From: Candidatus Aminicenantes bacterium
Lineage (GTDB): Bacteria; Acidobacteriota; Aminicenantia; Aminicenantales; JAFGBC01
Direction of reading: 5' to 3'
Length of the DNA: 64,000 bases
Assembly: GCA_963702005.1 (NCBI GenBank)
Contig: OY969696.1
Location: 2,272,001-2,336,000 of the forward strand
The notes beneath the pieces are model-generated. The model was given only the letters and a program-made list of their open reading frames with translations. It was not told where the DNA came from and made no database searches. The translations under genes and the position numbers were made by a program. Of the stretch, positions 28,410 through 38,715 are shown piece by piece (position 1 is the first letter of the stretch; every line of letters starts with the position of its first letter).

Positions 28410-28438
28410 AGTATAGAGGAGGGGCAGGGGAGAGTCAA
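28410..28438 (-). promoter_or_regulatory. Sigma70-like promoter of thiC
   Basis: Minus strand TTGACT-N17-TATACT. Confidence 0.65.
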
Positions 28439-28650
28439 GAAAGGGGTTGTTTTATGGCGTCACCCCTCCCGATGAGGGGGGGAACTGAATTTCACCCCTG
28501 GATTCATCCTCTACGACGATTGTCTATCTGGGGAAGCGGGTTGTATCCTCTTGCTGAGCGCGAGAGATAGCGCTATAGGTGTGCCTTTCCAGGGACGGGA
28601 GGGCATCGGATTGAGCCCGACCCGGGGAAAAGGCTGAAAAAATGCATGCT

Positions 28651-28686
28651 GGGTTTTTATCTAAGAACCCTAACGGCGGTAGCCTG
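28651..28686 (+). promoter_or_regulatory. JUMPstart/ops-like antitermination element
   Basis: Hairpin GGGTTTTTA/TAAGAACCC followed by GGCGGTAGCCTG (28675-28686), matching ops GGCGGTAGnnTG, at the front of the polysaccharide locus. Confidence 0.7.
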
Positions 28687-28864
28687 CCGGTATTAATCCT
28701 TTATTGTTATTATATAGAAAACTGTGCTTTTCCCTTTTCAAGGCTGTGACTATGATCAGATTGACTCTGATCTTGGCAGGACAGGTCCTCAAGCCGCCGT
28801 CCCAATTTATAGGAGATGTCAGATTGTATTCCTTCTTTCACAGAGTCTAGGACATTGCAAGAAC

Positions 28865-29695
28865 TTATTTAATATAAATAGCGTGGTAGGTATTACGTCT
28901 CATAATTATTTCATTTAGCTTGAACCCACAGCCAGAAATGAGCTCATGAATATCTACCTCTTTTATTTCTTTGGGTAACATCTCAGGATGAATTTCAATA
29001 CAGATCATTCGGCATTTGAGATCTTGTATTACTTTTTTTATCCCTTTGACCACGTAAAATTCAAATCCTTCGACATCAATTTTTACTACTTTTGGAATCG
29101 GGATATTAAAATTGCTGACTAGATAATCGCCGGGATAAACATCCACAAAATATGCATATTCGTTTGAACAATTTTCTTGAGCGACTAGTGATGTTTCGCA
29201 TTCTTTCAGATATAAAGGCATTTTAGAAATATTCTCACCGAGAGCAAAAGGAAAAACGGTTACATTGCTAAGATCATTCAGTTTGATGTTTGTAATCAAT
29301 TTATTGTAATAATCTTTCTCTGGTTCGAAAGAGAATAATTTTCCTTTGGGTCCAATTCTTTTTGCCAAAAATATTGAATGGATACCAACATTTGCGCCTA
29401 TGTCATATACGACATCACCAGGATCAAGAAAAGAAAACATTTTTTCTAAAATCGAACTTTCTTTTTGTCTTTTATCAAAAAGGGCAAGTTCGATGGATAA
29501 AAAATCGTCTGGATCGTCAATTTGAAATTGGGCCTTATAGCCCTGGATCGTGGACGTCACTAATTTGTTCGAGGGAAAAGAAATTTTATAATAAATATTT
29601 TTAAGATACCTATTTAAATGAAGGGCTTTAAATATCCATACTGTAAAAGCGGAATGGGCAAATGGTCTCATCCAAGAGGGTACCGGAATATGCAT
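28865..29695 (-). CDS. FkbM-family methyltransferase
   Basis: YDIGANVG, FEP, KIDVEGFE. Confidence 0.9.
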   Translation of the reverse strand: MHIPVPSWMRPFAHSAFTVWIFKALHLNRYLKNIYYKISFPSNKLVTSTIQGYKAQFQIDDPDDFLSIELALFDKRQKESSILEKMFSFLDPGDVVYDIGANVGIHSIFLAKRIGPKGKLFSFEPEKDYYNKLITNIKLNDLSNVTVFPFALGENISKMPLYLKECETSLVAQENCSNEYAYFVDVYPGDYLVSNFNIPIPKVVKIDVEGFEFYVVKGIKKVIQDLKCRMICIEIHPEMLPKEIKEVDIHELISGCGFKLNEIIMRRNTYHAIYIK

Positions 29696-29719
29696 TGGTC
29701 CTTTCCTATATGTGAAAGA

Positions 29720-30601
29720 TTATGTTGAAAGCGATGGTTTTCTAAAGAAGGCTAAAACTACCATTCCAAGACCGAAAATGTCCCAGAGTGCTAAAAAATA
29801 ATAAAAAGTGCGCCATGACAGCTTTAACAATATAGGCAGCTTAATCATCTCAAAATATTTCGTCTTGGGAATCTTTGAAACAGTTAAGATTTTTTCTGGA
29901 AATAGGCTACTGGATTTAAGCAATGATTCTAAGCCGGTCTTGGAAAAGTAATTAAGATGTTCAGGGGGGCTGATGAACATATCTTTTTTCCCTTGTACTT
30001 TGGATACAAAGGACCCATAAAATGGAACGGAAATTGCGGCGATTCCTCCTGGCCGTAAAACTTGGAAGAGATTGTTTACAAGCGAAGCGGGGTCGAAAGA
30101 ATGCTCTAGAACGTGGCTAAGCAAAACAACATCAAATGAATTATTATTTTTTATTACAAAATTAGTATCAAACATTGAAGCCTCGGCTTCAAAACCAGTT
30201 AGATCACGAAAAATCCTTCTAGAATTTGGATTTGGCTCACAAGCTACGACTTCAAACCCAAAATCAACGGCGACCTTAGAGAATGTGCCAAAACCGGCGC
30301 CTGCATCTAAAAAGCGAGTCCCTTTTGATAGGCTCCGGCAAATGGAGAGAATACGACGCGCTTCCTGAACAGCCGTGGGGTAATAACTGTTATCAAGCTT
30401 GATAGCTTCAGGGGGCGTGAATGGATGATAAGTTATATTTCTATAATATTCTTCGATTTGTTCAGAACTAGGTCTGGGCCAACAAAATGCCGACAGGCAA
30501 TCCAAACACTTATGTATGTGATAAACTCCATGGACATTCTTTTTTTGTTGCCAAAAAACTATTCTTGAACCCTGACAGGCTACGCATTTAATTTTTTCCA
30601 T
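29720..30601 (-). CDS. Class I SAM-dependent methyltransferase
   Basis: N-terminal CxxC..CxxC, LDAGAGFG, HVLEH, LRPGG, PPEHLNYF. Confidence 0.88.
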   Translation of the reverse strand: MEKIKCVACQGSRIVFWQQKKNVHGVYHIHKCLDCLSAFCWPRPSSEQIEEYYRNITYHPFTPPEAIKLDNSYYPTAVQEARRILSICRSLSKGTRFLDAGAGFGTFSKVAVDFGFEVVACEPNPNSRRIFRDLTGFEAEASMFDTNFVIKNNNSFDVVLLSHVLEHSFDPASLVNNLFQVLRPGGIAAISVPFYGSFVSKVQGKKDMFISPPEHLNYFSKTGLESLLKSSSLFPEKILTVSKIPKTKYFEMIKLPILLKLSWRTFYYFLALWDIFGLGMVVLAFFRKPSLST

Positions 30602-30790
30602 TTATTTTGCAATCCAATATGAGAAACTATACGTGTTTGACAAACCATTATATTATATCTTGAAAAAATGAATTATTAAACGTTTGTTTTAATAGACAAT
30701 GATTATTGAGCCTCGGCTATAGATATCATTGAGTATAAGATAATTATTTGTTGGATTTAGTAGAAGTTGTTTATTGGAGAACAGAGTATC

Positions 30791-31975
30791 ATGACGTATC
30801 CAAAAATTGCCATTATCCATCCTAGGCTGATGGGATATGGCGGATCAGAAATTAAGGCCATGTGGACCGCGCAAGCTCTTAAAAGAGATTTTAGGATCAG
30901 CATTATTACGATGGGAGATGTTAATTTGCCCTCACTCAACAATTACTGCGGTACCAGTATCGCTGAAGAGGAGGTCAATATAATATCACTTCCAATTCCT
31001 TCTTTCATGAATAGGTACTTTGCTGCCGTTCGCTCCTATCGGTTGTTTAGATTATGTAAATCAATCTCAAAAGACTATGATGTCATGATTTCTGCCTATA
31101 ACGTCATGGATTTTGGGAAGCCGGGTATTCAATTCATAGCCGATTTCTCCTTCGATGATGAATTAAGGTCGAAATATGATGCTGGTGTTGGAATATTGCA
31201 TAATCTAATATATAAATCGTCGCCGCTTAGAAAAATCTACCTTAATATTGCAGAAAAGGTAAGGGGAGAAAACGAAAATGCTTGGAAGAGGAATGTGACA
31301 ATTGCTAATTCTCAGTGGACCAAAAACGTATTTGCTGATAAATATAATATTCATCCCATAGTCATCTATCCTCCGGTTCCGGGCCGATATCCCTTTGTGC
31401 CCTGGAAGAAAAGGGAAAATGGTTTTGTTTATGTTGGAAGAATCTCGCCTGAAAAAAATATTGATGAAATGATTGAGATCATTAGGCGATTAAATGAAAA
31501 AGGAGAGAAACTGCATTTTCATATTTACGGAGAATTGAAAAAATCAAAATATGTCAGCAATATCGAAAAACTCTGTAAGATCAATAAAGATTGGGCATTT
31601 TTAGAGGGCGTTATTCTAGGGGAGCAGAAATACAAAGAGCTTAGCAAACATAAATATGCCATTTCGGGACGAAGAGCGGAGCCTTTTGGTATTTCGGTTG
31701 CCGAAATGGTTAAAGCAGGTTGCCTAGTTTGGGTACCTGACGGAGGCGGGCAAGTAGAAATTATAGAAGATGCAAGACTGACATATAAGAGTATTGAAGA
31801 CGCTGTCACTAAAATTCAATCTGTCTTAAGATCAGCTGTTCTTCAGGAAGTTTTAAGAGAGAGATTGAAGAAAAGACACTTATTATATTCTACAGATAGG
31901 TTCATTAAAGAAATTAGAGATGTTATTTTCAAATTTATCAGAAAAGATAGAGTTAGCGTTTCAATTAATACTTAA
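30791..31975 (+). CDS. Glycosyltransferase family 4
   Basis: GGSE, ANSQWT, VGRISPEKN, EPFGISVAEMVKAG. Confidence 0.88.
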   Translation: MTYPKIAIIHPRLMGYGGSEIKAMWTAQALKRDFRISIITMGDVNLPSLNNYCGTSIAEEEVNIISLPIPSFMNRYFAAVRSYRLFRLCKSISKDYDVMISAYNVMDFGKPGIQFIADFSFDDELRSKYDAGVGILHNLIYKSSPLRKIYLNIAEKVRGENENAWKRNVTIANSQWTKNVFADKYNIHPIVIYPPVPGRYPFVPWKKRENGFVYVGRISPEKNIDEMIEIIRRLNEKGEKLHFHIYGELKKSKYVSNIEKLCKINKDWAFLEGVILGEQKYKELSKHKYAISGRRAEPFGISVAEMVKAGCLVWVPDGGGQVEIIEDARLTYKSIEDAVTKIQSVLRSAVLQEVLRERLKKRHLLYSTDRFIKEIRDVIFKFIRKDRVSVSINT

Positions 31976-32008
31976 ACACTCCTGAAAATATTCAAGAGAA
32001 AATCCATA

Positions 32009-33151
32009 ATGTTCAAGGAAAATGGTCCCAAAGTCATGATCGCATTTTATAAGGTTTGGCCGCCTGAATGCGGCGCAGCTGTAGTAAGCTATCATCTAGC
32101 AAGAAATATTATTAGCCCGGTTGAATTGATCCAGTTGGCTAGCGGAAAAAGAATAACGTCCAGACCGCATGGATTCAAATTAGTAGATATCTCAGGGCTT
32201 CCTGAAAATAAAGTATTCAAGGCGGCATGGATAATCGTTCAATTGCCTCGCATAGTGCGTTTATTAATGAAAAGGAAACCCTCCAATTTAATTTTCGAGG
32301 GTGCGGCCTGGAGCTTCTATTATGTTGTACTTTTTTGGCTCTTACGATTGTTCAAATTGAAATGTCCAATACTCTATCATGCGCATAATGTCGAGTACTT
32401 ATTAAGGCGGGGCAAAAATCATTGGCTCACGACGATAATAAGTAAATGGTCGGAAGGCTATCTCCTTAAAAAGGCAAATTATTCTTTCGCAGTCTCGGAC
32501 GTTGATGCGGCAATATTTAATAAATTATATAAGGTTTATCCGAAAATATTGCCAAATGGAATTGACCCGGAACTTTATGAAAAGATCACCTCTAAAGATA
32601 TTATTAAAATAAAAAATAAATATCATCTTTCCAATCCGATTGTTTTATTCATGGGGCTCATGGGATTTCCTCCAAACGATGAAGCGATTGAGTACTTAAT
32701 TGAAAAGGTTATGCCTATTATCCTTTCTAAGGATTCGTCGGTTCGTTTGGTATTGCTCGGTGGAAAAGCTAAATATACCTTACCGTGGATAATAAATCCT
32801 GGAAGAATACCGTTTGAAGATGTTCCCGCGATGATCATGGCATCCGACATCTGTGCAGCGCCGGTTTTCTCTGGATCGGGCACAAAATTAAAAGTCCTCG
32901 AATATCTAGCCGCAGGTAAACCAGTTGTTTCAACAAACAAAGGAATAGAGGGGATTAAGGTAAGACCAGGAAAAGATTTAATCGTGGTGGAGACCGCTAA
33001 GGAATTTGCGGAGGCTATTCTCCTCCTAAAAGAAAAAAAAGAATTCGCTTCGAGCTTAGGTGTAAGCGGAAAAAGATGGATAAATAAATATTACTCTTGG
33101 GAAAGCATTGTCGGAGAGATGAACAGAATTTTAGAGAAATCTAAATATTAA
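32009..33151 (+). CDS. Glycosyltransferase family 4
   Basis: HNVE, LPNGID, GSGTKLKVLEYLAAGKPVVST. Confidence 0.9.
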   Translation: MFKENGPKVMIAFYKVWPPECGAAVVSYHLARNIISPVELIQLASGKRITSRPHGFKLVDISGLPENKVFKAAWIIVQLPRIVRLLMKRKPSNLIFEGAAWSFYYVVLFWLLRLFKLKCPILYHAHNVEYLLRRGKNHWLTTIISKWSEGYLLKKANYSFAVSDVDAAIFNKLYKVYPKILPNGIDPELYEKITSKDIIKIKNKYHLSNPIVLFMGLMGFPPNDEAIEYLIEKVMPIILSKDSSVRLVLLGGKAKYTLPWIINPGRIPFEDVPAMIMASDICAAPVFSGSGTKLKVLEYLAAGKPVVSTNKGIEGIKVRPGKDLIVVETAKEFAEAILLLKEKKEFASSLGVSGKRWINKYYSWESIVGEMNRILEKSKY

Positions 33152-33163
33152 GTAAGAATTCCG

Positions 33164-33946
33164 ATGTTAAAAAAATATATCTGGAATAAATTATCGAGAG
33201 TTCTTCCAAATAAGGCCACGCAATTTGTCTGGAATAGATACTACTACGGGCTTATTAGGAATTATTCTGAAGAAACGATCTTCGATTTTCTAATCATTAA
33301 AGATTTAATCGATGTTGGAGATTGGGCAGTGGATATCGGTGCTCATGCGGGCGTTTATACAAAATATCTTTCAAAATATGTGGGACAATCTGGGCGCGTT
33401 TTTAGTTTTGAGCCGGTTCAAATGACATTCCAGGCACTCTCCAATACAGTGAAAAAGCTCAAATTGCATAACGTGAGTCTTTTTCAACTCGCCTTATCTA
33501 ACCAAGCTTCGAAAGGATGTATGGTAATCCCATTCGACCAGAATGGGAATAAAGATTACTATGGCGCAACGTTCTTTGAAGAATGTAGAGATCCACTCAG
33601 GGGAGAACCCGTACAATCCGAAACCCTGGATAATATCCTATTGGCAAAAAGCCGAAGAATAAGCTTCATTAAGTGCGATGTGGAAGGGAATGAGCTTAAC
33701 GTCCTGGCGGGGGGGCATAGGATTATCAGCAGGTTCCGACCAGCTCTTCTTATCGAAGTGAAAAACAACAAAAAAACGCTTGATGCTCTCCTTTCACCCC
33801 TTGGATATTACGGCTACGAAATCGCTAAGATTGAGCCTGTTGATCCGAAATACCGAGGAATTGACAATAGCGAAAACGTATTCTATCTCTGCGGCGACCA
33901 TTTGAAAAAGCTGTCAAGGAATCGATATTGGAGAATAAAAGATTAG
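33164..33946 (+). CDS. FkbM-family methyltransferase
   Basis: VDIGAHAG, FSFEP, IKCDVEGNE. Confidence 0.9.
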   Translation: MLKKYIWNKLSRVLPNKATQFVWNRYYYGLIRNYSEETIFDFLIIKDLIDVGDWAVDIGAHAGVYTKYLSKYVGQSGRVFSFEPVQMTFQALSNTVKKLKLHNVSLFQLALSNQASKGCMVIPFDQNGNKDYYGATFFEECRDPLRGEPVQSETLDNILLAKSRRISFIKCDVEGNELNVLAGGHRIISRFRPALLIEVKNNKKTLDALLSPLGYYGYEIAKIEPVDPKYRGIDNSENVFYLCGDHLKKLSRNRYWRIKD

Positions 33947-33972
33947 GTTTATCTATTGAAAACTCGTTTCTT

Positions 33973-35307
33973 ATGAAGAATATCATATTGCAGCTGATCA
34001 AGAAAACAATCTTGAGAAAATCGAGATCTATAGTTTTTACATCTTATCTGGGTCTGCTTGCCTCCATGAACATGCTCTTGGCTTTCCTTTATCAATGGTA
34101 TGTCGCCAAGCAAAAGGGCCCCGGCGTTGAAACGGACGCCCTTTTTGCCGGAATGATCTTTCCCCAGGTCGTATTAGCAATTTTTAGCACTTCTTTCAGC
34201 AATGTGATAATTCCTCTCTTGGCCAATAAAAAAGAAGAAGATTTCCATAAAGACGCATGGAACTATTTCAGCCTTTGTGGATTCTTTTTTATAGGATTGT
34301 CCTTAATACTATTTTCTTGTGCGAATTATTGGGTCAAATGGATAGTTCCAGGATTTAATGCTGATGGTATTCGCTTAACTGTTTTGCTGACGCGCATTCA
34401 ACTAATCGGACTTGTATTTACCGCATTAACGGGGATTTTATGGGCGGTAAATCAAGCCAGACACCGGTTCATATATGTTGAAACAAGCGCAATTTGTGCA
34501 AATATACTGGGATTTTGCTTTTTGATTTGGGGTATAAAGCACTTCGGAATACTCGCAGCGGCCTGGGCGCTAAATATTCGAATGCTGTTCCAGGTTATTT
34601 TTTTATTCCCAAGCATGGGTCGATATCATAGATTCCGTTGGCGAAGCCCAGCGAATAAAATATTTTGGAAAAAGCTGCATCCTCTTCTTTTAGGCGCCAG
34701 CTATTCGAAAACAGAGTTAGTTGTAGATAGGTTTTTTGCTTCTTTAGCCCCGCGGGGGATATTAACCCTATACCACCTTTCTCAGCAGTTTTATGGAGCC
34801 ATCACTACCATAATAGGCAAAGCTTTCACAAATCCGATTGTGCCTATCCTTTCTAAACATGCTCACAAGACAGAGTGGCCGCAATTCAATTCGCTCTACT
34901 TGCGAAGGCTCGCCAAGGTTATTCTTGTAACGTTAATAGGTATTACTTTCGTTGTTGTATTAGGTCAGCCCGTTCTGGCTTTTATTTTCAGAAACAGGCA
35001 ATTTACTTCAAAAAATATTAGAGAGCTATGGCTGTTGTTAATTGCTTTGGCGATGGGGTTTATTGGGAATTCGGTTTGTCAAGTCCTGGCGGCAAGTTTT
35101 TATGCCATGGGCAACACTAAGACACCGACGCGAATAGGCGTGTTCAGTTTTACTCTTGGTTTGCTGTTGAAAATTCTGGGGTTTTATCTGGCCGGGATCA
35201 TTGGATTAGCGATTGGAACAAGTATTTATTCTGCCTTGAATGCGATATTGTTATTCATCTATCTGCAGAAGCATCTGGAATCATCGAGGAGTATTGTCCG
35301 TATATGA
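33973..35307 (+). CDS. MurJ/MviN-like (MOP superfamily) flippase
   Basis: Many TM helices; ETDALF, VDRFFAS, FYAMGNTKTP, GLAIGTS. Confidence 0.8.
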   Translation: MKNIILQLIKKTILRKSRSIVFTSYLGLLASMNMLLAFLYQWYVAKQKGPGVETDALFAGMIFPQVVLAIFSTSFSNVIIPLLANKKEEDFHKDAWNYFSLCGFFFIGLSLILFSCANYWVKWIVPGFNADGIRLTVLLTRIQLIGLVFTALTGILWAVNQARHRFIYVETSAICANILGFCFLIWGIKHFGILAAAWALNIRMLFQVIFLFPSMGRYHRFRWRSPANKIFWKKLHPLLLGASYSKTELVVDRFFASLAPRGILTLYHLSQQFYGAITTIIGKAFTNPIVPILSKHAHKTEWPQFNSLYLRRLAKVILVTLIGITFVVVLGQPVLAFIFRNRQFTSKNIRELWLLLIALAMGFIGNSVCQVLAASFYAMGNTKTPTRIGVFSFTLGLLLKILGFYLAGIIGLAIGTSIYSALNAILLFIYLQKHLESSRSIVRI

Positions 35308-35317
35308 AGGACCTATC

Positions 35318-36229
35318 ATGAGAACAACTGTTTTAAATACGGACTATATCCTAGTTACGGTTGTTTACAATGAAGAAAATAGGCTTCCTCGTCTAATTGA
35401 AACAGTTATGAACCAAACGATAAAACCTTTGAAGTGGATGATTGTCAGCGACGGGTCAACCGATCGAACAGATGAGATAATCCAAAATTCCAGTAAAACG
35501 TGTGATTTTATTTGCTATGGGAGGCAAGAGAAAAAGAAGGAATATGCAAATCGGCTAGAGAAAGTGACGATTGCTCAAGCCCGCGCCATGGAATTGGCGA
35601 GGGATTTATTTCAGAACATGGCTTATGGATTTATTGGCAATCTTGATGTTGATATTACTCTTGTTCCCGACTATTACGAGCGCCTAATTAAGCGATGTGC
35701 GTTAGAGCCAGATTTAGGTATTGTCGGGGGCGGGGTTTATAATATGGATAAGTTCGGAGTCCAGATTCCTGGGGGTTTTTTAAAGTCGGAATTCGTGGGA
35801 GGGCCTATTCAACTGTTTCGAAAGGCATGCAGCGATGATATCGGAGGATATGCGCCTTATGGCCACGCGGATGTCATCGCGATCGTGAAAGCAAAAATGC
35901 GAGGATGGAAGGTTAGATGTTATCCCGAAATTCGGGCTTTCCAGCACGAGATGCCCCGATATACTTTTAGGGAGAAGATTCCGGATTGTTTTGAGATGGG
36001 CAAGTTTGATTACATCATGGGGAGTCTTTTCATTTTTCAAGTAAGCCGAGTCTTTTATAACATTTTCAAGAAACCCTATGTCATCGCCGCTGTTTCTCTT
36101 TGGGCAGGATATTGCTGGGCCTTCCTCAGCGGACAAAGAAAGACAGTTCCAAATAAATTGCGTGTACAGATGCACAAAGAACAACTGGAAAAAATGAAGA
36201 ACTTTTTCAAAAAGAATATGACCTTATGA
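35318..36229 (+). CDS. Glycosyltransferase family 2
   Basis: YNEE, VSDGSTDRT, NLDVD. Confidence 0.88.
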   Translation: MRTTVLNTDYILVTVVYNEENRLPRLIETVMNQTIKPLKWMIVSDGSTDRTDEIIQNSSKTCDFICYGRQEKKKEYANRLEKVTIAQARAMELARDLFQNMAYGFIGNLDVDITLVPDYYERLIKRCALEPDLGIVGGGVYNMDKFGVQIPGGFLKSEFVGGPIQLFRKACSDDIGGYAPYGHADVIAIVKAKMRGWKVRCYPEIRAFQHEMPRYTFREKIPDCFEMGKFDYIMGSLFIFQVSRVFYNIFKKPYVIAAVSLWAGYCWAFLSGQRKTVPNKLRVQMHKEQLEKMKNFFKKNMTL

Positions 36230-37518
36230 GAATTAAGAGTCCTCGAGTTCTGGTTTCCGCCTACGCCTGCAACCCTGAAGGATCGCTACAGCTTCATCCC
36301 GGGGAGGATTTGACCGGCTGGAAGATCGTCGGGCAGCTGGGCCGCCGGTTCGACGTTTGGGTCATCACGCATAGCTATAACCGGCGGGGGATCGAGGCTG
36401 CCTCCCCTCAAGACAAACCCCCGCAGGTCAGGTTCATTTATGTCGATCTTCCACCCTGGCTCCGCTGGCTCTACCGCATCGAATTCGCTCAACGGATCTA
36501 TTACTACCTGTGGCAGATCAAGGCCTGGCGAGTCGCTGTCGGCCTCCATAATGACGTCCATTTCGATGCCGCCCAGCACGTGACGTTCGGAAATTATTGG
36601 ATTGGGAGTTTCATCGGAGCTTTCTTGCCCGTACCCTTTATTTGGGGGCCCGTCGGAGGCGGACAACAAACGCCTCCGGGGCTTCTCAAAGAGTACTCAT
36701 TCTACGGCGTTTTAGCCGAACGATTCCGGGCTGGCGCGCAATGGATCGGCCTTCATATTCTGTTGTCGAGACGGCTTTGTCTCAAGCGGGCCAAAACGAT
36801 CTTGGTCTGTAATTATGAGACGAAAAAAAATATTCCGGTCAAGTATGCCGACAAAGTCCGATTATTTCCGGTCAACGGCATTTCTCAAGAAGATCTGAAA
36901 GCACCTGATGGGAGCCAAAGGGGACGGGATAAATTCAGAGTGATAACCACGGGGCGCTTTGTCCGTTTGAAAGGATTTGCGTTGGCGATTCGAGCTTTTT
37001 CTCGTTTTATTAAGGACGCTCCGGACGCCGAATTTGAAATCATCGGGAACGGTCCCGAAGAAGGACGGTTGAAGGCTTTAGCGCGAGAACTGGGGATTCA
37101 GGATCGAGTCCTTTTCCGGGGCTGGCTGCCGAGATCCGAGGTCCTGGCTCATATGCGGCAAGCCGATGTGTTCTTGTTCCCCAGCTTTCGAGACGGCGGG
37201 GGCGCGGTTGTGGCCGAAGCGATGGCCTCGGGTCTTCCCGTTATCGTCATTGACAGCGGGGGGCCGGGATTCTATGTCGAACCGCCCTGGGGGATCAAGG
37301 TCGAGCCTCGGGATCCCGAGTCCTCGGTTGGCGAGATGACGGTTGCTCTCGCGACTCTCTACCGAGATCGAAAGCTTTTAGCCAAGATGGGAACCGCCGG
37401 GCGCGCGAGGGCCGAGGACTATTTTCTGTGGGATAAGCTCGGCGAAAGACTGAATACGATCTATCAAGAAGCTTTAGGACAAGAAGCGTCTCGCGGATCG
37501 GATGGACCTCGATGCTGA
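36226..37518 (+). CDS. Glycosyltransferase family 4
   Basis: SAYACNP, WGPVGGG, FPSFRDGGGAVVAEAMASGLPV. Confidence 0.9.
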   Translation: MRIKSPRVLVSAYACNPEGSLQLHPGEDLTGWKIVGQLGRRFDVWVITHSYNRRGIEAASPQDKPPQVRFIYVDLPPWLRWLYRIEFAQRIYYYLWQIKAWRVAVGLHNDVHFDAAQHVTFGNYWIGSFIGAFLPVPFIWGPVGGGQQTPPGLLKEYSFYGVLAERFRAGAQWIGLHILLSRRLCLKRAKTILVCNYETKKNIPVKYADKVRLFPVNGISQEDLKAPDGSQRGRDKFRVITTGRFVRLKGFALAIRAFSRFIKDAPDAEFEIIGNGPEEGRLKALARELGIQDRVLFRGWLPRSEVLAHMRQADVFLFPSFRDGGGAVVAEAMASGLPVIVIDSGGPGFYVEPPWGIKVEPRDPESSVGEMTVALATLYRDRKLLAKMGTAGRARAEDYFLWDKLGERLNTIYQEALGQEASRGSDGPRC

Positions 37519-38708
37519 TCACGATCATCTTGTGGCTGCTAGTCTGGGGCGGGATGTTCTCGGATCCCATCAACCTCAAAGCCCCAAATCTCTTGACAAG
37601 CCCTTTCGCCTTTTTTCAGGGCGTAAGGTCTATGCTTCCCATTTTGGTCGTCTATCTGGTTTTGCTCTGGATCCTGGCTGCCAAGGCCCGCTATCCTTTC
37701 ATACGGGCGCCTCTCCAATTTCTGCTCTACTACTGCGGCCTGGGAATCGTTGTCTCCCTCTTCCTGTCTCCCGCCGTCCTGACTTCCCTTTACTGGGCGG
37801 GCCTTTATTTGTCTCCGATTCTCGTGATCTGGTTCATGTCCGAACGAAAAGATCCGCTCGATATTCTTCGAAAACTTATCTATGTCAACTACGGGATCTT
37901 TGTTCTCATCACCATGATGCTGTTCCCCGAAAGTTATCGTGGTCCGAGAATGGATCCGACTCGGGTTCAATTCTATAATCTTCCGTTTAACCTCGGGACT
38001 ATGAGGGTTAATGGGGCCGGGCGATTTGCTTTGGTCGTGATCATCATTTCAACGGTCAGGTTCCTCTCGAGCAGGAGTAAGAAACGATACTTCTGGATTC
38101 CGCTTGTAATACCTTCGTTTTATATGTTGGCCAGGACTCAATCTCGCACCGCGCTTTTAGGCTTGGCGGTGGCCGGCGCGCTTTTCATATTCATGAAACA
38201 CCCCGATTGGCGGCTGTTATTCGCGGGTCCGGCTGCCGCCTACGTCATTTGGCTCTCGGGATTTAAATGGCGGGCCCAGGGGCGTTTCGGGGGACTTATC
38301 AGTCTCACCGGCAGGGAACTGACCTGGGAGAGGGCTATCTCCCAGATCAAACAATCCCCATTCTTGGGCTGGGGGTTTAACGCCGATCGGATATTGCTCA
38401 ACGCGGAACACATGCACAACTCCTATCTCCATGCCATGATTCATGCCGGGATTTTGGGGACCGTGCTTTTTACCGTGGGATTTATCGTGGCTTGGTCTCT
38501 GATTATAAAATCCAAGATCTTATATCGCGCGCGCTATACCTCAATGCCCGATCAAGCTCTTCTCATGGAGTCCGTGATGATCTTTGGCTTCTTATCGTCG
38601 CGGAGTTTCTTCGAATCCACCGGAGCCTTCTATGGCGTCGACCTACTTCTCCTAGTCCCGGCCATGACCTTTATCCACCTTTGGACCGTGAACAATCCTC
38701 AATCCTGA
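37512..38708 (+). CDS. Wzy/O-antigen-ligase-family membrane protein (probable polymerase)
   Basis: TQSRTA, LTGR..W, PFLGWG, HNSYL; many TM helices. Confidence 0.8.
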   Translation: MLITIILWLLVWGGMFSDPINLKAPNLLTSPFAFFQGVRSMLPILVVYLVLLWILAAKARYPFIRAPLQFLLYYCGLGIVVSLFLSPAVLTSLYWAGLYLSPILVIWFMSERKDPLDILRKLIYVNYGIFVLITMMLFPESYRGPRMDPTRVQFYNLPFNLGTMRVNGAGRFALVVIIISTVRFLSSRSKKRYFWIPLVIPSFYMLARTQSRTALLGLAVAGALFIFMKHPDWRLLFAGPAAAYVIWLSGFKWRAQGRFGGLISLTGRELTWERAISQIKQSPFLGWGFNADRILLNAEHMHNSYLHAMIHAGILGTVLFTVGFIVAWSLIIKSKILYRARYTSMPDQALLMESVMIFGFLSSRSFFESTGAFYGVDLLLLVPAMTFIHLWTVNNPQS

Positions 38709-38715
38709 CCGTGCC

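Noticed and set aside
28440-28520. Possible TPP, c-di-AMP or c-di-GMP riboswitch
   Set aside because: Hairpins exist but I could not find the conserved cores by eye; a covariance-model scan is needed
28724-28918. 64-aa ORF after the ops element
   Set aside because: No motifs, overlaps the methyltransferase 3' end, no clear RBS
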